Shown piece by piece: positions 30,946 through 37,307 of a stretch of DNA of 37,307 bases; the stretch's first letter is position 1; each line of letters opens with the position of its first letter. The notes under the pieces are model-generated. The model worked only from the letters and a program-made list of their open reading frames with translations. It was not told the origin of the DNA and did no database searches. Made by a program: the position numbers and the translations under genes. Source of the stretch: Candidatus Peregrinibacteria bacterium (GTDB lineage Bacteria > Patescibacteriota > Gracilibacteria > UBA1369 > LOWO2-01-FULL-3); NCBI GenBank assembly GCA_016235895.1, contig JACRIB010000014.1:1-37307 (forward strand), in the 5' to 3' direction.

Positions 30946-31350
30946 ATGTCCGATAAGAATTCTACAATTCATTTCGTAATAACAGGAGGGACGATAGATT
31001 CTTTTTATGATGGCAGTAAAGATACCGCTGTAACTAACGAACATTCCATTGAGACCAGCAAACATAAAAAAATTCTCGTGACGCATGGGACGTATACGAT
31101 GTCTGATACCGCCAGATTTTTGAAAGCAAATTTGAAAAGAAAGGATCAGGTGATTATTTTGACCGGATCAATGATTCCGATTAACGGCTTTTCGCCTTCT
31201 GATGGACCTTTTAGTCTGGGCTATGCAATCGCTCAATTGGAACATTTGAAGCCGGGAATTTATGTCTGCGTGAATGGACGAGTTTTTTCGCCGGAAGAAG
31301 TGGTTAAAGTTATAGGTGAGGGCAGATTTTCTTCAATTTTTGAAAGATAA
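30946..31350 (+). CDS. Asparaginase N-terminal-domain-like protein, apparently internally deleted
   Basis: TGGTID, THGTYTM, ILTGSMIP, SDGPFSLG, GIYVCVNG; the segment between GGT and HGT motifs is unusually short. Confidence 0.75.
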   Translation: MSDKNSTIHFVITGGTIDSFYDGSKDTAVTNEHSIETSKHKKILVTHGTYTMSDTARFLKANLKRKDQVIILTGSMIPINGFSPSDGPFSLGYAIAQLEHLKPGIYVCVNGRVFSPEEVVKVIGEGRFSSIFER

Positions 31351-31409
31351 AGTCTGCCCGGGCAGACTTTTAGCGCCAATAAATGGTTCAAGTAAGCCAT
31401 CTTGTGTTT
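31349..31409. repeat. 61-bp double-hairpin direct repeat, right copy (may double as bidirectional terminator)
   Basis: Perfect 22-bp palindrome AAAGTCTGCCC|GGGCAGACTTT, then ATGGTTCAAGTAAGCCAT hairpin; fills the gap between convergent genes. Confidence 0.75.
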
Positions 31410-31784
31410 TTAGGCTGCCTGGTAAAAAATCGGGCTGCCTCCCTGGGCGCAGTTTGAAGTGTTTTGTTGGATGATGGTGGCGACTTCGGTGTTGTCGGCG
31501 TATTTTTTCAGAATAACCATCATCGCGTCGTTATTGTCAGCCGGCAGCTTGTATTTGGCATAAATATCATCGAGTTTTTTCTGATTGTCAGTGCTATTTT
31601 CAGCCAGTTTTGGGTCTTTGATCACCATGCAGGTGAATTCGATATTGGCATTGATAAAAGCCGAATATTCCTCCGCGTCGGAGGTGATCACTTTCGTGCG
31701 CGGACTGCAACTTTTGAGGCCAAAAATTATGAGAGCGATAATGACGACGGTGACTAAAATTCCAATGACGACTTTTTTATCCAT
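31410..31784 (-). CDS. Membrane-anchored hypothetical protein
   Basis: MDKK + hydrophobic helix; start moved to 31784 because TACACT lies 6 nt upstream. Confidence 0.7.
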   Translation of the reverse strand: MDKKVVIGILVTVVIIALIIFGLKSCSPRTKVITSDAEEYSAFINANIEFTCMVIKDPKLAENSTDNQKKLDDIYAKYKLPADNNDAMMVILKKYADNTEVATIIQQNTSNCAQGGSPIFYQAA

Positions 31785-31816
31785 GGCTCGAGTGTATCGC
31801 AAATAAAGAAAAAGTT

Positions 31817-32422
31817 TTAGTCTTTCTTCTTGTTCTTCAATTTTTCAAATTCTCGCTGGAAGAAGCGGACGGCGTTCAGACATTCTTTGGCTTTTTGATT
31901 GTCCGGCTCGATTTGGAGAGTTTTTTTGAACAATAGAGCGGCGCGATCGAAATCTTTGTCGTTCAAATGGCAAACGCCGAGGTCGTTCAAAATCAAAGGA
32001 TCGTTTGGGGCTAAATAAAGCGCTCTTTCAAGTAAAATGATACCGCGTTTTTGCTGACCGGAATGGTACATGCTCCAGCCAAGACAACGGAGAATTTCCG
32101 GATGATTTGGATAAGCTTTGTCGGCGTGTTCCAAAAGTGTGACGGATTCTTTCCAATTTCCGGTGCAGGAATACACGAAGCCGAGAAGGTAATTGGCATT
32201 GGCGCTGTTCTTGTTTAATTTTATTGCTTGTCGGAGAGCTTTTTCCGCTCTGTCGTATTTACGCAGACTCAAATAATTATCGCCGATTTCTTCGTAGGCC
32301 TCCACACAACCGAGGTCGCCGGAAAGGATTCTTTCACAAAGATGAATGGCTTCCAGGTGTTTGCCTTCATTTTTTTTCTTGTCCGCCTCCTCAATTAATG
32401 GATGTACTTTGTGTTCCGACAT
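31817..32422 (-). CDS. Tetratricopeptide repeat protein
   Basis: Repeated TPR patterns (AYEEIG..Y, ANYLLG.VY, LRCLG, LNDLG...ALLFKKTLQIEPDN). Confidence 0.88.
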   Translation of the reverse strand: MSEHKVHPLIEEADKKKNEGKHLEAIHLCERILSGDLGCVEAYEEIGDNYLSLRKYDRAEKALRQAIKLNKNSANANYLLGFVYSCTGNWKESVTLLEHADKAYPNHPEILRCLGWSMYHSGQQKRGIILLERALYLAPNDPLILNDLGVCHLNDKDFDRAALLFKKTLQIEPDNQKAKECLNAVRFFQREFEKLKNKKKD

Positions 32423-32559
32423 AAGATTTTTTTTATTTTTGTTTTGGCCCTAACTTTTCTTATCTGAGCATTATAGCAAAAAAAACCTTTCGAAACAAGT
32501 CAGCAAAAGTGGTTTTCTTTGCAAGTTTGTTGACAGAAATTGAATTCGTGAGAGGTTTC

Positions 32560-33513
32560 TTATTTTTTTATACTTTTCAAAAACCTCAAATATTCGCCGC
32601 TTAATTCTTTATGCTTTAGGGCGAAGTGCGTGACGGCTTTGAGGTAGCCGAGTTTGTCGCCGGTGTCGAAGCGGGCGCCGCTGATTTCGTAGCCGTAAAT
32701 GGGGGAGTGTTTGATGAATTTGCGCATGCCGTCGATGAGCCTAATTTCTTTATTTTGTAAGCTCGGCTGCGTTCGGACTGGCAGAGCCAGATCCTCACTT
32801 TGCCTGCGCCCTCGGCCTGTGGCCTCGGTTTGTAAGCTCACTGTTTTTTCCAGGTCTTTCAATAGCTCCGGCGTGACGATGTATTTGCCGATAATGGCGA
32901 GGTTGGAGGGGGCCTTTGAGGGCTTTGGTTTTTCAACCAGGCTTTTGATTTTGTGGAGTTGATGAATGTGGTTTTTGGCTTTTTCTTGTTCACATTCTAC
33001 AATGCCATATTTTTCCGAATCCTTTTTGCCGATTTTGTGGAGGCCGATGATGGGTGAGCCGAGTTTTTCATATTCTTTTATTAACTGGGCGATGGCGGGA
33101 GTTTTGCTGTCATAAATATCGTCACCGAAGAGGACGGCAAAGGGTTCGTTCTTCACAAATTCTTTGGCGCAGAGGATGGCGTGGCCGTCGCCAAGCGGTT
33201 TAGGCTGTCTGACGTAGCTGAATTTGGCCATCTTTTCAATTTTTTCTAGTTCGCGGATAGCTTTTTGTTTGCCGTTTTTTTCGAGGTGCGAAATTAATTT
33301 TGGCGAAATATCAAAATAATCTTCGATGGATTGTTTGCCTTCGGCGGTGATAATGATGATCTCTGTAATTCCGCTTGCTACAGCCTCTTCAACGAGGTAT
33401 TGAATGCAGGGTTTGTCAACGATCGGCAGCATTTCCTTGGGCTGGGATTTTGTGGCGGGAAGAAAACGAGTGCCGAGTCCGGCGGCGGGAATAATAGCTT
33501 TGCGGATTTTCAT
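32560..33513 (-). CDS. galU: UTP--glucose-1-phosphate uridylyltransferase with in-frame insert
   Basis: IPAAGLGTRFLPATK..PKEMLP, RQ..PLGDGHA, VEKP, RFDTG.KLGY. Confidence 0.95.
   Translation of the reverse strand: MKIRKAIIPAAGLGTRFLPATKSQPKEMLPIVDKPCIQYLVEEAVASGITEIIIITAEGKQSIEDYFDISPKLISHLEKNGKQKAIRELEKIEKMAKFSYVRQPKPLGDGHAILCAKEFVKNEPFAVLFGDDIYDSKTPAIAQLIKEYEKLGSPIIGLHKIGKKDSEKYGIVECEQEKAKNHIHQLHKIKSLVEKPKPSKAPSNLAIIGKYIVTPELLKDLEKTVSLQTEATGRGRRQSEDLALPVRTQPSLQNKEIRLIDGMRKFIKHSPIYGYEISGARFDTGDKLGYLKAVTHFALKHKELSGEYLRFLKSIKK
32754..32839 (-). mobile_element. In-frame structured mini-element copy C (75 nt) in galU
   Basis: 11-bp direct repeats TTTGTAAGCTC at 32754-32764 and 32829-32839; homologous to the purL copies; encodes SLQ-TEATGRGRRQSEDLALPVRTQP-SLQ. 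Confidence 0.88.
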
Positions 33514-34868
33514 GAAAATAGATTTAATTGTTTTAAATGTTGTTCTTTTAGGCTGTTCTTAAGGTCATTTTGAGCTTTAAGAAGCCATTTTAAAGGTATA
33601 TAGTCTTGGGTCAGACCAAAGTATGGTGTTTGTCCAATTTTTTCTTTTTCTTCGATTATATTATTTTCTTTTAACGGCTTAAAGTAATAACCGGAAACAT
33701 TGGTGCGCGCCAGATTGAATAATGCAGCTATTTCTTTTTGGCTGATGTATTTGTCTGCGGTTGCCAGATGTTTTAATATTTTTTTTTGTTCATCTGTTAA
33801 TTTCATTGCATTTTCTATTCTTTCCCAACGTTCTTTGCCAAGAAGCAGCATTGCTTCGTTTGCTGTTAGGGTTTTACTAAGTTTATCGGCATTTTGGCCC
33901 AGAATATCTCTTATGCTGGACATGATTGAGCGAATATCTCCATTGTACAGATCATATAGACGGAAAATCACATCATCTTCTATTGGTTTTATGTATTGTT
34001 GTATGTCCTCGGATTGCAATATTTCCATTCTTTCTTCAAGAGCCTTTGTTATTTCTGTTTTGCTAAGAGGATTTACTTTTAAAGGTGTTTGGTGGAAAAT
34101 TCCTCTAACTCTTTGCTGTGAAGCAATTACATCGCTGAATAAATTATTAGGTCCTAGAAAAATGTAATATACGTCTTTGATTTGCAAAATGTCTCTTATT
34201 TCGTTGAAAAAGCTTATTGCATTTTTTTTACCTTCTTTGCTTGTTAAAACGACATCAAAATTATTTACGTGGACAATTAGACCTGAATATGGTCTTCCTT
34301 TGATTTTATTTTTTTTGATGAACTCTATTAGTTCAATGAAATAACCTTCGAGAGTGGTTGTTGATAGTTGAATTGGCTGAATCATGTTTTTACTGCCTCC
34401 AAAATCTGCGCCGAAGCCAAAGGCTGAGGCGCCAATTGAAATGTCGATAGTTTGACTAATATCAACTAGTTGGTTGAGTTTACCAAGAAGATCATTTTTG
34501 AGTAATTCTGGTTGTAATAATTTTATTTCTCTTAATATTGATCCGATTATTTCAATAAGAAAACTTCTTTTATTAAGCAGTTCTCCCGAAGCTTCAATTT
34601 CTCTTCTAAAGGAAAATAACAGTTTTGTTTTTTCGTATTTCCAGATGAATTTATGAAAATTTATCAGGCTTGTTTTTCCAACTCCAACCGCCCCACATAT
34701 TGTTAAACAAAGTCCGTTGCTTGATTCAAAAAGGTTATTGAGGAAATTTTTTTCCTGATCCCTTCCTACAAAGGCTTTTTCTATTGGTAAGTCTCCGCCT
34801 TCTATGAGGGCCGAAGTGTCAAAAGGGTCTTTTTTTAATCCAAATTGTTGCCAATTGATTGGTTGCAT
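33510..34868 (-). CDS. P-loop (AAA+/KAP-like) ATPase with C-terminal winged HTH
   Basis: FGLKKDPF, FVGRDQE, Walker A GAVGVGKT, degenerate Walker B LIVHVNNFD, GDIR, HTH SQKEIAALFNLARTNVS; AT-rich; start 34868 preferred over 34934. Confidence 0.75.
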   Translation of the reverse strand: MQPINWQQFGLKKDPFDTSALIEGGDLPIEKAFVGRDQEKNFLNNLFESSNGLCLTICGAVGVGKTSLINFHKFIWKYEKTKLLFSFRREIEASGELLNKRSFLIEIIGSILREIKLLQPELLKNDLLGKLNQLVDISQTIDISIGASAFGFGADFGGSKNMIQPIQLSTTTLEGYFIELIEFIKKNKIKGRPYSGLIVHVNNFDVVLTSKEGKKNAISFFNEIRDILQIKDVYYIFLGPNNLFSDVIASQQRVRGIFHQTPLKVNPLSKTEITKALEERMEILQSEDIQQYIKPIEDDVIFRLYDLYNGDIRSIMSSIRDILGQNADKLSKTLTANEAMLLLGKERWERIENAMKLTDEQKKILKHLATADKYISQKEIAALFNLARTNVSGYYFKPLKENNIIEEKEKIGQTPYFGLTQDYIPLKWLLKAQNDLKNSLKEQHLKQLNLFS

Positions 34869-34990
34869 ATTTCTATACATATAGGGCTTTTGCAATTCTG
34901 CTATAAGTCTAATACTCCTTAATGGATAATGCAATTAAGACTTTTATTGTGTTGAATAATGGTGCTATTTTTTTCTATATATCAATTTGC

Positions 34991-35404
34991 CTAGGCTTCG
35001 ATCTTGATAATTTTGGTCTGCTCTATTTCGCCTTTTGGGATGCGGATTTCCAGCACGTTATTGTCGAAAGAGGCGGAGATATTTTTGGTGTCGGCTTCTT
35101 CGGGTAAAACAATGGCGCGGGAGAAATTGCCCCAAAAACATTCCTGGGTGTAATAATTTTCTTCGGGAACAGCTTCGCGAGATGGTCTTTCACCTTGAAT
35201 TACCAGCACATCGTCTGTGACGGAAAGTTTGATCGCGTCTTTGCTTACGCCGGCGATGGGCGCGAGGATCACGATTTCCTTGTCGGTGCGATAAATGTCG
35301 ACGGATAACTGGCCCACTTCTTTTTTTAGCGGTTCGGCGCTGTTGTTTGGCAGGGGATGAATTTTTATACTGGTTTGTTTCATGTGCATGCTACGTAGTC
35401 GCAT
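34991..35404 (-). CDS. Hsp20/alpha-crystallin small heat shock protein
   Basis: VDIY, LVIQGER, ECFWGNFSRAIVLP, ISASFDNNVLEIRIPK; true start may be 35383. Confidence 0.92.
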   Translation of the reverse strand: MRLRSMHMKQTSIKIHPLPNNSAEPLKKEVGQLSVDIYRTDKEIVILAPIAGVSKDAIKLSVTDDVLVIQGERPSREAVPEENYYTQECFWGNFSRAIVLPEEADTKNISASFDNNVLEIRIPKGEIEQTKIIKIEA

Positions 35405-35416
35405 TTGTTTAGTTAA

Positions 35417-37303
35417 TTAGGATTGGTTCGCATTAGTGTCAACTACATCAACCGAAACCGTAGAATCTTTTGGTGGAACTTTAATCCCTTCAAAATATTT
35501 TTTCAATTGGGTGCCGCCGATATTTTCTTCTTTGATCAAATCTTCGGAAATTGCGATCATGATTTTTTTGTGTTTGGTAATCAATTCTTTGGCTTTGTTG
35601 TAAGCTTTTAGAAGAATTTTATTGGTCAGTTCGTCGATTTTTGCGGCGCTTTCTTCGGAATAATTTTTGGTATGACCGAAATCGCGACCGAGAAAAATTT
35701 CATCATTGCTGTCCCCAAAAACTACCGGACCGAGAGTGCTCATACCGTATTTTGTAATCATCGAGCGGGCGATTTTTGTCGCTCGTTGCAGATCACTGGA
35801 AGGACCTGTGGAAGTTTCTCCAAAGAATGTTTCTTCCGCCACATAACCGCCGAGCATCATAGCTAGATCGTCTTCAAAATGGCTCTTGGAAACGTAACTT
35901 TTTTCTTCATCCGGGCGAGACCAGGTCACGCCGCCGGCCATGCCGCGCGAAATAATCGACACTTTGTGGATCGGGTCGCAGCCTGGCAAAAGATGGCCTA
36001 CCAAAGCGTGTCCCACTTCGTGATAAGCGGTTAATTTTTTCTCTTTGGCGCTCATGATGCGCGATTTTTTTTCCGGACCGAGCAGTACTTTTTCAATGGA
36101 TTGTTCGACTTCGTGAGAACCGATCGTTTTTTTGTTTTGTTTGGCCGCGAGAATGGCAGCTTCGTTCATCAAATTTTCCAAGTCAGCTCCGCTAAATCCA
36201 ATAGTGCCTTTGGCAATTTTTTTGAAATCGACATTTTTAGCAATCGGCTTGTTGCGGCTATGAACTTTTAGAATGGCTTCGCGGGCTTTGAGGTCCGGCG
36301 CATCGACCACAACCTTACGGTCGAAACGACCCGGCCTTAAAAGCGCGGGATCGAGAATGTCCGGCCTGTTAGTGGCGGCAATTACAATTACGTTTGTGCC
36401 TGTTTCAAAGCCATCCATTTCCGTGAGAATTTGATTTAAAGTCTGCTCGCGTTCGTCATGTCCACCGCCCATGCCGGCGCCGCGATGGCGTCCGACAGCG
36501 TCGATTTCATCAATAAAAACAATACAAGGAGCATTGCGCTTGGCTTTGGTAAAAAGGTCGCGCACGCGGGAGGCGCCCACGCCCACGAACATTTCCACGA
36601 ATTCGGAACCGGAAATATTGAAAAATGGCACGTCCGCTTCGCCGGCGACTGCGCGGGCAAGGAGCGTTTTACCTGTGCCCGGTGAGCCTACGAGCATGAC
36701 GCCCTTGGGAATTTTTGCTCCCATGACGCGGTATTTTTCCGGATTTTTCAGGAAATCCACCACTTCCACCAATTCTTCTTTGGCTTCATCGCAACCGGCG
36801 ACGTCTTCGAAAGTGGTTTTCTGTTTTCCTTTATCGTAAAGTTTGGCTTTGCTCTTGCCGAAAGAAAGGGCTTGGTTGTTGCTGGATTGGGCCGAACGCA
36901 TCATAAAAACGAAAAAACCTATAATAAGTAAGAATGGTATGATTCCGATGAGCAGGTCGGTCCAAAATTTCCCGCCCTCGGTGTTTTCCACGGTGATTGG
37001 CAATTTCGCGAGAGTGGCTTTGTCCACGCCGTTTTGTTCCAAAATTTGGTAGATGCTGGCGCCGGCCTCTTTGTAAGTATAGTATTTGCTGCCGTCCACC
37101 AATTCCAAATTCACTTTGTTATCGGAAATACTCAGATGTTTGACGTTTCCGGCCTGGACTCTTTCCACTAGCGTGTTGAGCGTGATTTCTTTGGTGTTGG
37201 AATCGCCGGCGTTACTGATCAATAAAAACGCCGATATTAGCAGCGCAATAATAATAAGGGTGACGAGTCCGCTTCTTCGTCGTGGAACATTGGGGATGGG
37301 CAT
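35417..37303 (-). CDS. ftsH: ATP-dependent zinc metalloprotease FtsH
   Basis: Two TMs, [39 protein letters not shown]; start lies at the window edge. Confidence 0.97.
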   Translation of the reverse strand: MPIPNVPRRRSGLVTLIIIALLISAFLLISNAGDSNTKEITLNTLVERVQAGNVKHLSISDNKVNLELVDGSKYYTYKEAGASIYQILEQNGVDKATLAKLPITVENTEGGKFWTDLLIGIIPFLLIIGFFVFMMRSAQSSNNQALSFGKSKAKLYDKGKQKTTFEDVAGCDEAKEELVEVVDFLKNPEKYRVMGAKIPKGVMLVGSPGTGKTLLARAVAGEADVPFFNISGSEFVEMFVGVGASRVRDLFTKAKRNAPCIVFIDEIDAVGRHRGAGMGGGHDEREQTLNQILTEMDGFETGTNVIVIAATNRPDILDPALLRPGRFDRKVVVDAPDLKAREAILKVHSRNKPIAKNVDFKKIAKGTIGFSGADLENLMNEAAILAAKQNKKTIGSHEVEQSIEKVLLGPEKKSRIMSAKEKKLTAYHEVGHALVGHLLPGCDPIHKVSIISRGMAGGVTWSRPDEEKSYVSKSHFEDDLAMMLGGYVAEETFFGETSTGPSSDLQRATKIARSMITKYGMSTLGPVVFGDSNDEIFLGRDFGHTKNYSEESAAKIDELTNKILLKAYNKAKELITKHKKIMIAISEDLIKEENIGGTQLKKYFEGIKVPPKDSTVSVDVVDTNANQS

Positions 37304-37307
37304 ATAT

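Overview
About 37 kb of chromosome from a reduced-genome bacterium using genetic code 11. The gene content and protein style (SLH-domain proteins, conserved hypotheticals, no visible Shine-Dalgarno motifs) suggest Patescibacteria/CPR, possibly Peregrinibacteria-like; this is an inference. The window is mostly housekeeping: tRNA-Glu, an SLH-RlpA protein, jag-yidC-rnpA-rpmH, ackA/pta, gltX, ftsK, an MNT-HEPN toxin-antitoxin pair, purL/purQ, secA, a WcaJ-like sugar transferase, RNase P RNA, glutamate formiminotransferase, galU, hsp20 and ftsH. The main discovery is a family of 75-78 nt GC-rich structured mini-elements inserted IN FRAME inside housekeeping genes (two in purL, one in galU). They have covarying hairpins closed by tandem G.A pairs, a conserved TACAAAA 3' end, and 6-11 nt flanking direct repeats that overlap the element's own end-to-start junction. 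A related hairpin insert sits in secA and a hairpin-containing 36-nt tandem repeat sits in the SLH-RlpA gene. Also seen: an asparaginase-like gene bracketed by 61-bp double-hairpin direct repeats, and six genes with a -10 box exactly 6 nt before the ATG (probably leaderless mRNAs). No transposase is visible in the window.
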